From Sandaracinaceae bacterium (GTDB lineage: Bacteria; Myxococcota_A; Polyangia; Polyangiales; Houyiibacteriaceae): a DNA stretch of 64,000 bases. Below the pieces are notes generated by a model. That model did not search any database. It had not been told where the DNA came from and saw nothing but the letters and a program-made list of their open reading frames with translations. Shown here piece after piece: positions 19,376 through 28,083 of the stretch. How positions within the stretch are numbered: position 1 is the first letter of the stretch; every line of letters starts with the position of its first letter. The translations under genes were made by a program, and so were the position numbers. The stretch spans positions 21,360 through 85,359 of the forward strand of contig JACKEI010000008.1 of the NCBI GenBank assembly GCA_020633075.1, written 5' to 3'.

Positions 19376-19765
19376 TCAGAGGAGGGGACGAGGGGAGTGA
19401 AAGACCGGGGACTGCGGCAAGGGTGGGGTCAAGCCGACCTGAGGTCGACTCCAACCCGTCTCGCGCGTTCTTTCATCCGCGAACACGGGAGATTGGTCTT
19501 AACAGATCGGCTGGGGCCGATCAAGGAGCCGAGGGGGGAGGACAAGCGCCGAGGACCGTGGGTGTCGGCTACCCGACACCCCAAATAACGCAATTTTCGC
19601 GTATCGAGAGCCAGGGGACGCGAAGCAGCAATGATACCGGAGGTCCGCGCTCGGGTGCGAATATGTAGCATGAAGACCTCTATGTAGGGTCGCGTCGACT
19701 GAGCACCACCGGCATAGTGAGAGTCCAAACCCAAGGATGCTGGAGCTGATGGTTCGTATAGCCGT

Positions 19766-20488
19766 ATGACGTCCCGAGACGAACAGCGCCCCGGGGCCGG
19801 GGCCGAGGCCCGCGGCCGAGAGGCAGCGGAGCTTGTGGCGGCGGCCCAGAAAGGCGACCAGCGCGCCTTCGAGGCGCTGGTGGTGCGCTACCGCCCGCGC
19901 ATCTACGCGCTGGCGCTGCACCTCACGGGGAGCCCCTCCGACGCGGACGACATCACCCAGGACGCGTTCTTGCGGGCCTACGCACGGCTCGCGGAGTTCG
20001 AGGGCCGCAGTCAGTTCTTCACGTGGCTCTACCGCATCGCCTTGCACCGCGCCCTGAACATCAAGCGCAACCGGGGACGGCGCCCGACCACCCCGCTCGA
20101 CGACCCGCGCATCACGGCGGCCATCGCCGTGGACGCCGCCGGAGACCCGGCGCGCACCCTCGAGCTGCAAGAGTCGTACGGCCAGCTCCTGGCGGCGTTC
20201 GACCGCCTGAGCCCCACGCTGCGCACCACCGTCGTGCTGACCACCCTGCAGGGCCTCAACTACAGCGAGGCCGCCGTGGTGTTGGACACCACGGAGGGGA
20301 CCATCGCGTGGCGCGTGCACGAGGCGCGCAAGAAGCTGCGGGAAGAGATGAACCGGCTGCAGAAGGACCCCACTCCCGTGGAGATCAAGCGGCGCGCCCG
20401 ACGCATCAGCCACATGCGCGACAAGCCGGAGATGTGGGCCACCGCCATCGGTCAGCTGCTGGGTGACGGCGGCGGTCGCGTCGCGTAG
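19766..20488 (+). CDS. ECF-type RNA polymerase sigma factor (sigma-70 family, regions 2 and 4) with a short C-terminal extension
   Basis: Region 2 is FEALVVRYRPRIYALALHLTGSPSDADDITQDAFLRAY...FFTWLYRIALHRALN. Region 4 is LSPTLRTTVVLTTLQGLNYSEAAVVLDTTEGTIAWRVHEARKKLR. No adjacent anti-sigma factor is recognisable. Confidence 0.85.
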   Translation: MTSRDEQRPGAGAEARGREAAELVAAAQKGDQRAFEALVVRYRPRIYALALHLTGSPSDADDITQDAFLRAYARLAEFEGRSQFFTWLYRIALHRALNIKRNRGRRPTTPLDDPRITAAIAVDAAGDPARTLELQESYGQLLAAFDRLSPTLRTTVVLTTLQGLNYSEAAVVLDTTEGTIAWRVHEARKKLREEMNRLQKDPTPVEIKRRARRISHMRDKPEMWATAIGQLLGDGGGRVA

Positions 20489-20497
20489 CGTCCGGGC

Positions 20498-21196
20498 ATG
20501 CCCCAGCCCCCTGTGACCCGCGCTGCGCTGTTGGAGCGCATCGCGGCCGATCCGGCCCTCGAGACGATCCTGACGCGCGTGCGTCCACGCCTCGAAGGCG
20601 ACCCAGGCCACGACATCGAGCACGCGCTGCGCGTGGCGCGCACTGGTCTCCAGCTCGCGGGCCCCGAGGCCGACGGGCGGGAGATGATCGCGGCCGCGCT
20701 GCTGCACGACGTGGTCAACCTGCCCAAGGACCACCCCGACCGCGCGCGCGCGAGTGAGCAGAGCGAGGTCGTAGCCGTCGCATGGCTGCGCGAGCTGGGC
20801 TTCGACGACGACGCCGCCGTGCGCGTGGGGGCCGCAGTGCGCACGCACAGCTGGAGCCGCGGCGAGGCGCCTACCTCACCGCTGGGCGCGGCGCTCCAAG
20901 ACGCAGACCGGCTCGAGGCGTTGGGAGTGATTGGCGTCTTCCGCACCATCTCGACGGGCGCGCAGATGGGAGCGGAGTACTTCGACGCGGAAGACCCGTG
21001 GGCTGCCGCGCGAGACCTGGACGACAAGCGCTACAGCGTGGACCACTTCTTCACGAAGCTGTTCGCGCTGGCCGGCACCATGCGCACCGAAGCGGGGCGC
21101 GCCGAGGCCGAGCGCCGCACCCACGTCATGCGCGCGCTGCTCGTCGAGCTGGGAACGGAGCTGGGTGTGCCCCTCCCAGACCACGGCGTCCCGTGA
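20498..21196 (+). CDS. HD-domain metal-dependent phosphohydrolase
   Basis: The H...HD signature is present (IEHALRV...AALLHDVV) together with a downstream D (LQDADRLEALG). It starts 9 bp after the sigma factor stop. Confidence 0.8.
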   Translation: MPQPPVTRAALLERIAADPALETILTRVRPRLEGDPGHDIEHALRVARTGLQLAGPEADGREMIAAALLHDVVNLPKDHPDRARASEQSEVVAVAWLRELGFDDDAAVRVGAAVRTHSWSRGEAPTSPLGAALQDADRLEALGVIGVFRTISTGAQMGAEYFDAEDPWAAARDLDDKRYSVDHFFTKLFALAGTMRTEAGRAEAERRTHVMRALLVELGTELGVPLPDHGVP

Positions 21197-21296
21197 GCGG
21201 CCCCTAATCCCCGCTCTTGCTGCCGCAACGTTCGGCTGCGAGATGGTCGCGAGCGTCACGCTCAGGGGAGTGGATGGGGACAGGTTCCCCGAACGG

Positions 21297-23042
21297 CTAC
21301 GGTGCACAGACCACGGGGCGCTGCCCGCGGTAGTCCACACGCAGGTGCGCAGGGTCGAAGAGCGCCGGGTCGCGTCCGTCGACGCGGCCCCCACGCTGCT
21401 CCAGCAGCTCGGCGATGCGGTCCCGCATGGGCGGCCCGGCCTCGATGGCGATGGCCCCCTCGGCGCGCAGCCGCCCAAAGGCGTGACGGTCGCCCGTGGC
21501 CAGGAAGTCGTTGGTGACCATCTGCAGGACGCGCTCGTCGGGCACGGGCCGTCCGTGAGCGTCCTCGAGCGTGACCACCAGGTGCCCACCGTCGCAGCGC
21601 GCGCGCACACGCATCCCGCTCAGCAACAACAGCCCGTTGTCGAGGCTCAGGTTGGACTCGTACATCTCTCGCACTTCCCGCGCGGTCAGCCGCACCAGGG
21701 CGAAGCGGTTGTCGAAGGGGATGGCCTCGTAGAGTGCCCCGTAAGTGAGCGGCCCGGCGGGGATGGCGTGGCGCACGCCGCCGGCGTTGAGCACGGCGAG
21801 ATCCGCACCCGGGTAGAGCGCCAGCATCAGGTCGGTGAGCAGGTTCCCGAGCGGCCCCTCGTCGCGGTGGCGGCGCTCGAGGGGCACGGGCACGTCCACA
21901 CCCAGCGGCCGGGCGCGTAGTGCCTCCGCGCGCGCCAAGGCGTCTTCGGTAGCGGCGACCACCGCAGGGTCTGGCAGCACAGGCGCGCCCTCGTACTCGC
22001 CCGCGTCGCAGTCGCCGAGGGTGCCGTGGTCGTTCTCGCAAACGAAGCGCGGCGCGTGCAGGTGCACCTCCGGCCGTTGCCCCACCTGGCCCCCGACCGC
22101 GATGTCGGCCCGACCGAAGGCCGCCCCGTTGGCGTAGCTCTCGATGATGGGTACGCCGTTCACGACGTGCGCGACGCCAGCGTGCGAGTGACCAGCGACC
22201 ACGAGGTCCACCACGCCGGGCCCCAGCTCGCGGGCGAAGGCGAAGATCTCCTCACCTTGGTCGCACATGCTGAGGTCGTGCGGGTTCTCGAAGGCGCCGC
22301 AGCGCCCGCCCGCGTGCACCGCCAGCAGCACCACCTGGGCGCCTGCCGCGCGCAGCTGCTGGGCGGCCTCACGCACCGCGGGCACCAGCGGCGTCACCTG
22401 CAGGTCGCGCACGTTGTCGGCCAAGGTGGACTCGAGGGCCTCGGCCGTGGTGCCTCCGATCACGCCCACGCGAACGCCCGCGGTCCGCGCCGCGTCCAGC
22501 ATGACGAAGGGGCGCACGCCGGCCCAGTCGAGCGCGCGTCCGTCCCGATAGCGCAGGTTGGAGACCAAGAGGGGAAAGCGCATCTCGGCCACGCGCGCCA
22601 GCAGCGCGCCGCGTGGGTCTTGATCCGGGCTCGAGGGCGTGGCGTCGGGGCCCACCGGGCCGTAGTCGAACTCGTGGTTGCCCAGCGCCGCGGCGTCGTA
22701 GCGCAAGGCGTTGAAGGCGGCGACCATGGGCGCCCCCTCCGCCATGTTGGACTCGAGCGTGCCCTGGAAGATGTCCCCCGCGTCCAGCAGCACCACGGCG
22801 CCCCCGTCACGCGCGCGAGCGCTCCGCAGGTTGTTCACGTAGCCGCCGATGAGGGCCATGCGCCCCACCCGCCCGTGGACGTCGTTGGTGCCCACCACGC
22901 TCAGCGTGACCTCACGCTGCGGCAGGAGCGGATGGTGGGCACCTCCCTGCGCAGAGCCGCCCGCCTTGCACCCCGCGCCGAGCGCACCAGCGAGGGCGAC
23001 CGAGCAGAACAGGAAACCGAGGGCGTGGTGCGGCGCGCGCAT
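21297..23042 (-). CDS. Lipoprotein 5'-nucleotidase / metallophosphoesterase (UshA-like)
   Basis: The lipobox is MRAPHHALGFLFCSVALAGALGAGC. The calcineurin-like motifs are GTNDVHG, DAGDIFQG, GNHEFD and VAGHSH. A C-terminal 5'-nucleotidase substrate-binding domain follows. The 789-aa ORF-track entry is a read-through; the start is the ATG at 23042. Confidence 0.85.
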   Translation of the reverse strand: MRAPHHALGFLFCSVALAGALGAGCKAGGSAQGGAHHPLLPQREVTLSVVGTNDVHGRVGRMALIGGYVNNLRSARARDGGAVVLLDAGDIFQGTLESNMAEGAPMVAAFNALRYDAAALGNHEFDYGPVGPDATPSSPDQDPRGALLARVAEMRFPLLVSNLRYRDGRALDWAGVRPFVMLDAARTAGVRVGVIGGTTAEALESTLADNVRDLQVTPLVPAVREAAQQLRAAGAQVVLLAVHAGGRCGAFENPHDLSMCDQGEEIFAFARELGPGVVDLVVAGHSHAGVAHVVNGVPIIESYANGAAFGRADIAVGGQVGQRPEVHLHAPRFVCENDHGTLGDCDAGEYEGAPVLPDPAVVAATEDALARAEALRARPLGVDVPVPLERRHRDEGPLGNLLTDLMLALYPGADLAVLNAGGVRHAIPAGPLTYGALYEAIPFDNRFALVRLTAREVREMYESNLSLDNGLLLLSGMRVRARCDGGHLVVTLEDAHGRPVPDERVLQMVTNDFLATGDRHAFGRLRAEGAIAIEAGPPMRDRIAELLEQRGGRVDGRDPALFDPAHLRVDYRGQRPVVCAP

Positions 23043-23163
23043 GCGGCCCGATGGTAGCAGGTGGCGCAGGCACCGCCGCCCGCTCTCCGCGAGACGGGCG
23101 CGCCCCAGCCTGCCGCTGAGTGGCCCGAACAGCCGCAAAGCCCCGAGCGGGGCAGCGGCCGGC

Positions 23164-24213
23164 TCAGCGCGCCGCGGCGGGCGGACGCTGCGGGCTGTAG
23201 GCGCAGCACCCTGGGGCGCACTGCGCGGGAAGCGCGGGACCGGCACCCACGAAGCGCGGGGCAGCGACCCGGCCCAGGCCCTCTTCCACGAGCTCGCGCA
23301 GCGCGGCGACGAAGCTCGGGTGCGTGCCCACGGTGCCGGCCCGCACGAAGCGCAGCCCCAGGGCCTCTGCCTTGACGCGCGCCTCCTCGTCCAGATCCCA
23401 GAGCACCTCGACGTGGTCCGACAGGAAGCCGATGGGAACCACCACGACCGGACCCACGCCACGCGCCGCGAGGACCTCGAGGTGGTCGCAGACGTCGGGC
23501 TCCAACCAGGGCACCTGGGGCGGCCCGGAGCGGCTCTGGTAGACCACCTCGTGCGAGGCCACCCCGACCGCCTCCGCGACGAACGCCGCCGCCTCCTGCA
23601 GCTGGGCTTCGTAGGCGCACGTGGCGGCCATGGCCGTCGGGATGCTGTGAGCCGTGAAGAGAACATGTGCCTGGGCGCGTTGCTCGGCGTCCAGGGTGGA
23701 AAGGGCCTCGCGCGTACGCTCCACCACCGCGCCCAGGAAGCCCGGGTGGTTGTAGAAGGGGCGCACCTTCTCTACGCGAGGAGCGTGGGCGCCGACCTCG
23801 GCGCGCGCGGCCGCGATGTTCTCCTGGTACTGCCGGCAACCGCTGTAGCTGCTGAAGGCGCTCGTGAAGATGGCCAGCGCCCGTCGGACGCCGTCACGTT
23901 CCATGCTGCGCAGCGTGTCCGGCAAGAGCGGGTGCCAGTTGCGGTTGCCCCAGTAGATGGGCAGCGTCACCCCGTGGGCGTTCAGCTCCGCGCGTAGCGC
24001 GGTGATGAGCTCACGGCAGTGATCGTTGATGGGGCTCTTCCCGCCAAAGTGCTGATAGTGCTCGGCCACGGCGAGCAAGCGCTCACGGGGCACGGGCTTG
24101 CCGCGCGTGACGTTCTCGAGGAAGGGCATGACGTCTTCGGGCCCCTCGGGTCCGCCGAAGGAGACGAGGAGGATGGCGTCGAAGGGCATGGTGTCGGGGG
24201 CGTCAGTGGGCAT
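23164..24213 (-). CDS. hemH: Ferrochelatase with a Cys-containing C-terminal extension
   Basis: Motifs AILLVSFGGPEGPEDV.PFL, YWGNRNWHP, VLFTAHSIP and IGFLSDHVEVLWDLD are present. The C-terminal tail is ...AQCAPGCCAYS. The start is the ATG at 24213 (alternative at 24189), which overlaps the holB 3' end by 11 bp. Confidence 0.9.
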   Translation of the reverse strand: MPTDAPDTMPFDAILLVSFGGPEGPEDVMPFLENVTRGKPVPRERLLAVAEHYQHFGGKSPINDHCRELITALRAELNAHGVTLPIYWGNRNWHPLLPDTLRSMERDGVRRALAIFTSAFSSYSGCRQYQENIAAARAEVGAHAPRVEKVRPFYNHPGFLGAVVERTREALSTLDAEQRAQAHVLFTAHSIPTAMAATCAYEAQLQEAAAFVAEAVGVASHEVVYQSRSGPPQVPWLEPDVCDHLEVLAARGVGPVVVVPIGFLSDHVEVLWDLDEEARVKAEALGLRFVRAGTVGTHPSFVAALRELVEEGLGRVAAPRFVGAGPALPAQCAPGCCAYSPQRPPAAAR

Positions 24214-25222
24214 GGCGAAGCTCGTACACCAGCGCGTCCATGGTGACGCGAGGGTTGGCGTTGCGGTCGAGTCCCTCGAAGACCGAGGTGATGGCCGCGA
24301 CGCGAGCCGCCGCCTTGCGCGCGCCGAGCGTCCTTCCGCGGGCCTCGATCTCCTCGGCCACGTGCCGGAAGGCGAGCTCCTCGCGACGGGCTCCGAGGGC
24401 GCTGGCGGCCAGGTCACGGTAGAAGGCCACGAGCGTGTCGAGCCCCAGCTGCACGTCCGGCTCCGCCGCGAGCGCTGCGGCCGCGTCCACGTAGTCCCCC
24501 ACGCGCGCGCCGCGCGTCACGTCGTCCACCTGGAACGCGAGCTGCAGCAGACGCTCGGCGACCCCCTCCTCCGTGAGGCGCAGCGCGCGCTCCGCGCTAC
24601 CACCGGCCAACGCGATGGCTGGGCCACGCAGCGACTCGGCCACGTCGTGCTTTGCGAGGATGGCGTCCAGCTCCTCGTAGGGGAGCGGATAGAAGCGCAC
24701 GCGCTGACAACGGGAGCGAATGGTGGAGAGCAGCTTGTCGGGGCGCTCCGCCAGCAGGATGAAGTGCACTGCCGGGCGCGGCTCCTCCAGAGTCTTGAGC
24801 AGCGCGTTGGCAGCCCCCGGGTGGGTCTCGGGGAACGACACATCCGCGCGCGGAAAGATGAAGAAGGTGGCCTGGGCTTCGAAGGGCGCGTACTGGGCCA
24901 GCGGCAGGATCTCTTCGCGCAGGTAGGCCACCTGGACGTTGCCCTTGCCCTCGTCGCGAGGCTCGAAGACACGCACGTCGGGGTGGTTCCCGCTGGCCAC
25001 GCGCTCCATCGTGGCAGGCCCCGCCCCCAGCCGCGTGAGCTGTGACTTGGCCAGGGCCAGCGCCGCCAGCTGCTTGCCGACCCCCGCCGGTCCCTCGAAG
25101 AGATACGAAGACGCCACGCGGCCGTGGTCCAACGCGGAGGTCAGCACCGAGAGGGCGTGAGGCTGGGCGTGGATGCCCGCGAAGTAGCCATGGGCCCCGC
25201 CGGGCGCCGGCGTGCCGCTCAT
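24203..25222 (-). CDS. holB: DNA polymerase III delta-prime subunit
   Basis: Motifs YLFEGPAGVGK, ANALLKTLEEP and STIRSRCQ are present. The start ATG at 25222 (MSGTPAPGG) overlaps the upstream TetR stop by 4 bp. Confidence 0.85.
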   Translation of the reverse strand: MSGTPAPGGAHGYFAGIHAQPHALSVLTSALDHGRVASSYLFEGPAGVGKQLAALALAKSQLTRLGAGPATMERVASGNHPDVRVFEPRDEGKGNVQVAYLREEILPLAQYAPFEAQATFFIFPRADVSFPETHPGAANALLKTLEEPRPAVHFILLAERPDKLLSTIRSRCQRVRFYPLPYEELDAILAKHDVAESLRGPAIALAGGSAERALRLTEEGVAERLLQLAFQVDDVTRGARVGDYVDAAAALAAEPDVQLGLDTLVAFYRDLAASALGARREELAFRHVAEEIEARGRTLGARKAAARVAAITSVFEGLDRNANPRVTMDALVYELRHAH

Positions 25223-25827
25223 GCGGGGGGCCTCGCGACGCCGAACAAGGCGAGGCCCAGCGACTCCACGGCCCGCACCACGTCCGCGGCCTCCAGCACG
25301 TCCGGCTCCACGAAGGCCTGCATGACCAGGCCGTCCAACAGCCCGATGACGATGCGCGGGAGGATCTCCATGGGGATGGCCGGCTTGATGCCCATGCGGC
25401 TGAGCTCGGTGTTGAGGTACACGTAGATCTGCTCTGCGGCCAAGCGGTAGTAGTCCGCCAAGTGCGGGCGCAGGTTGTCGTCGTACAGGCTCTGGGCCAG
25501 CAGGTCGGCGACCACCAGGGCCTCGTCCGTGCGCTCGGCGCGCGCCTTCCACAGCTCTTCCAAGCTGTTGTGCAGCGACTGCAGCGGGTCGCCCCCCGAG
25601 CTCCAGGCCTCGATGGTGCGCTGCTGCACGGCGTCCGTGGCGGTGGTGAGGACCACCTCGATGAGGGACTCCTTGGTAGGGAAGTGGTAGTGAACCGCTC
25701 CTTTGCTCATGCCCGCTTCGCGCGCGATGTCCATGAGGCTGGTGCGCGCGTAGCCCTGCCGCGCCAACACCCGAATGGCCGCTTGCACGATCTGAGACGA
25801 GCTCACAGCCGACTTCTTGTACCGCAT
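25219..25827 (-). CDS. TetR-family transcriptional regulator
   Basis: The N-terminal HTH is SQIVQAAIRVLARQGYARTSLMDIAREAGMSKGAVHYHFPTKESL. The start is the ATG at 25827 (MRYKKS). Confidence 0.85.
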   Translation of the reverse strand: MRYKKSAVSSSQIVQAAIRVLARQGYARTSLMDIAREAGMSKGAVHYHFPTKESLIEVVLTTATDAVQQRTIEAWSSGGDPLQSLHNSLEELWKARAERTDEALVVADLLAQSLYDDNLRPHLADYYRLAAEQIYVYLNTELSRMGIKPAIPMEILPRIVIGLLDGLVMQAFVEPDVLEAADVVRAVESLGLALFGVARPPA

Positions 25828-25908
25828 GGCCCAAACCTGCCGCGCGAGCGGTGTCCACGTCAACCGAATCCACCCTGCGCGGAGCGGGGCGGTCGCCAAG
25901 CGGCAGAA

Positions 25909-25936
25909 TTGCTGATAACAGCCCGGCTCATAGAGT
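25909..25936 (+). promoter_or_regulatory. Candidate sigma-70-type promoter for metG (TTGCTG-16 nt-TAGAGT)
   Basis: The hexamers were read from the sequence. The -10 ends 9 nt before the metG ATG and there is no Shine-Dalgarno, so the mRNA would be near-leaderless. This is a weak match only. Confidence 0.25.
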
Positions 25937-25945
25937 GAGCCCACG

Positions 25946-28006
25946 ATGAAGCCCTTCTACGTCACCACCCCCATCTACTACGTCAACGACAAGCCCCACA
26001 TCGGGCACGCCTACAGCACGGCGGCGGCGGACATGTTGGCGCGCTACCACCGCCTACGCGGTCAGCCCACGCGCTTCCTGACGGGGCTGGACGAGCACGG
26101 GCTCAAGATCGAGCGGCGCGCCCAGGAGCTCGGACAGGAGCCGCAGGCCTTCGTGGACTCGATGGTGCCCCCCTTCGAGGAGGCCTGGCAGCAGCTGGAC
26201 ATCACGCACGACGACTTCATCCGCACCACGTCGGCGCGCCACAAAGAAGCCGTGCAGCGGCTGTGGAAGATGCTGGAGGCCAAGGGCGACATCTACCTGG
26301 CCGACTACGAGGACTGGTACTGCGTCGGGTGCGAGAGCTTCAAGACCGAGAAAGAGCTGCTGCCCGGGAACCTGTGCCCGGACCACAAGAAGCCGGTCGA
26401 GAAGATCAAGGAGCAGAGCTACTTCTTCAGGCTCAGCGCCTACGCGGAGCCTCTGCTGCGCTACTTCGACGCACACCCGGACTTCGTGAAGCCCGAGGGG
26501 CGCTTCAACGAGGTGAAGAGCTTCGTGCGGGCGGGCCTGCGTGACCTGAGCGTGTCGCGCTCGAGCTTCTCCTGGGGCATTCCCGTCCCGGAGCAGCCGG
26601 AGCACGTGATGTACGTCTGGCTGGACGCGCTCACGAACTACATCTCGGCGCTGGGCGGCCCCGCCGAGCCCGGGGTCGCACCGCTCTACGATCAGTTCTG
26701 GGGCGAGGACGCCAACGTCATCCACATCGTGGGCAAGGACATCCTGCGCTTCCACACGATCTACTGGCCCGCGTTTCTCATGAGCGCGGGCATCCGCCTG
26801 CCCTCGCAGGTCTGGGCGCACGGCTGGCTCACCGTCAACGGCGAGAAGATGAGCAAGGGGCTGGGCAATTTCCTGCCGCCCGCGCCGCTGGTGGAGGCGT
26901 TCGGCGCCGACGTGCTGCGCTACTACTTCCTGCGCGAGGTGAGCTTCGGGCAGGACGGGGACTTCAACCACAAGAACCTGATCGCCCGCTACAACAACGA
27001 GCTGGGCAACGGCCTCGGCAACCTGCTCAACCGCATCCTCCCGTTCTTGAAGAAGTTCGACGGCAAGGTCCCCGACGTGGGCCCGCTGGAGGGCGCCGAC
27101 GCGGCGCTGGCGAGCCTGGCCGAGGGGCTGGCCGCGCAGGTGCGCGACAACCTCGACGCCGTGCAGCTGAACCGCGCCCTCGACGCCATCAAGGAGCTGA
27201 TCGACGCGGCGAACAAGTACGTCAACGACGAGGAGCCGTGGAACCTCAGCAAGAGCGACGAGACCCTGGGGCGGCTGGCGCAGGTGGCCTACGTGACCCT
27301 CGAGTGCGTGCGCTTCCTGTCCGTGATGCTGGCGCCCGTGATGCCCAACAAGGCCAACGAGCTGCGCGCGCAGCTGGGCCTCGGCGCCCTCGAGCCGCAG
27401 GTGGGCGTGGACGCGTGGCCCAGCCGCTTTGGTGAGCTGCCCGCAGGGACCGCCGTGGTCGCGGGCAAGCCCGTCTTCCCCAAGATCGACGCAAAGCAGG
27501 AGGAAGCGCTGCTGGCGCGCCTGGTGCCTGTGCCCGAGGGCGTCGAGGGTGACGCCGAGAAGAGCTCCGGAGCAGACAAGAAGAGCGCGAAGAAGGCGCC
27601 CAAGGGGCAGGCCGATTCGGGCGGGGCAGGCGCGCCCTCGGGTGCCGACGCGGCGGAGGGCGGCGTGACGGACGGCCCGACGACCATCGAGTTCGACGAC
27701 TTCGCGAAGGTGGACTTGCGGGTTGGCTTGGTGCTGACGGCCGAGAAGGTGCCCAAGAAGGACCGCTTGCTGCGCCTCGAGGTGGACCTGGGCGAGCCCG
27801 CGCCGCGCCAGATCGTCGCGGGCATCGCGGAGCACTTCACGCCGGAGCAGATGGTCGGCCGGCGCGTGGTGGTGGTCGCCAACCTGGCTCCTCGCAAGCT
27901 GGCCGGCCTCGTGTCGCAGGGCATGGTGCTGGCGACCAACACGCCCACCGGGCTGCAGCTCCTCGCGGCCAGCGACGACGTCCCGCCGGGCACGCCGGCC
28001 AAGTAG
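25946..28006 (+). CDS. metG: Methionyl-tRNA synthetase with a C-terminal tRNA-binding (Trbp111/EMAP-like) domain
   Basis: The HIGH motif is YYVNDKPHIGHAYS and the KMSKS motif is GEKMSKGLGN. The C-terminal OB-fold is KVDLRVGLVLTAEKVPKKDRLLRLEVDLGE...IVAGIAEHF. Confidence 0.95.
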   Translation: MKPFYVTTPIYYVNDKPHIGHAYSTAAADMLARYHRLRGQPTRFLTGLDEHGLKIERRAQELGQEPQAFVDSMVPPFEEAWQQLDITHDDFIRTTSARHKEAVQRLWKMLEAKGDIYLADYEDWYCVGCESFKTEKELLPGNLCPDHKKPVEKIKEQSYFFRLSAYAEPLLRYFDAHPDFVKPEGRFNEVKSFVRAGLRDLSVSRSSFSWGIPVPEQPEHVMYVWLDALTNYISALGGPAEPGVAPLYDQFWGEDANVIHIVGKDILRFHTIYWPAFLMSAGIRLPSQVWAHGWLTVNGEKMSKGLGNFLPPAPLVEAFGADVLRYYFLREVSFGQDGDFNHKNLIARYNNELGNGLGNLLNRILPFLKKFDGKVPDVGPLEGADAALASLAEGLAAQVRDNLDAVQLNRALDAIKELIDAANKYVNDEEPWNLSKSDETLGRLAQVAYVTLECVRFLSVMLAPVMPNKANELRAQLGLGALEPQVGVDAWPSRFGELPAGTAVVAGKPVFPKIDAKQEEALLARLVPVPEGVEGDAEKSSGADKKSAKKAPKGQADSGGAGAPSGADAAEGGVTDGPTTIEFDDFAKVDLRVGLVLTAEKVPKKDRLLRLEVDLGEPAPRQIVAGIAEHFTPEQMVGRRVVVVANLAPRKLAGLVSQGMVLATNTPTGLQLLAASDDVPPGTPAK

Positions 28007-28019
28007 AGCGCGACACGAC

Positions 28020-28039
28020 AAGCGCGGGCGCTTCTTCTT
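28020..28039 (+). terminator. Weak hairpin plus pyrimidine tail after metG
   Basis: AAGCGC-GG-GCGCTT is followed by CTTCTTG, 14 nt after the metG stop. The stem is short, so confidence is low. Confidence 0.25.
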
Positions 28040-28083
28040 GACGCACATCCAGTCCGCGCTGGGGCAGTCGACACCACACCCCC

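Noticed and set aside
19441-19470. The tRNA-like T-arm resemblance (GAGGTCGACTCC) in the mreB upstream region.
   Set aside because: No acceptor, D or anticodon arms can be drawn around it, and it does not match the GTTCGAATC loop consensus.
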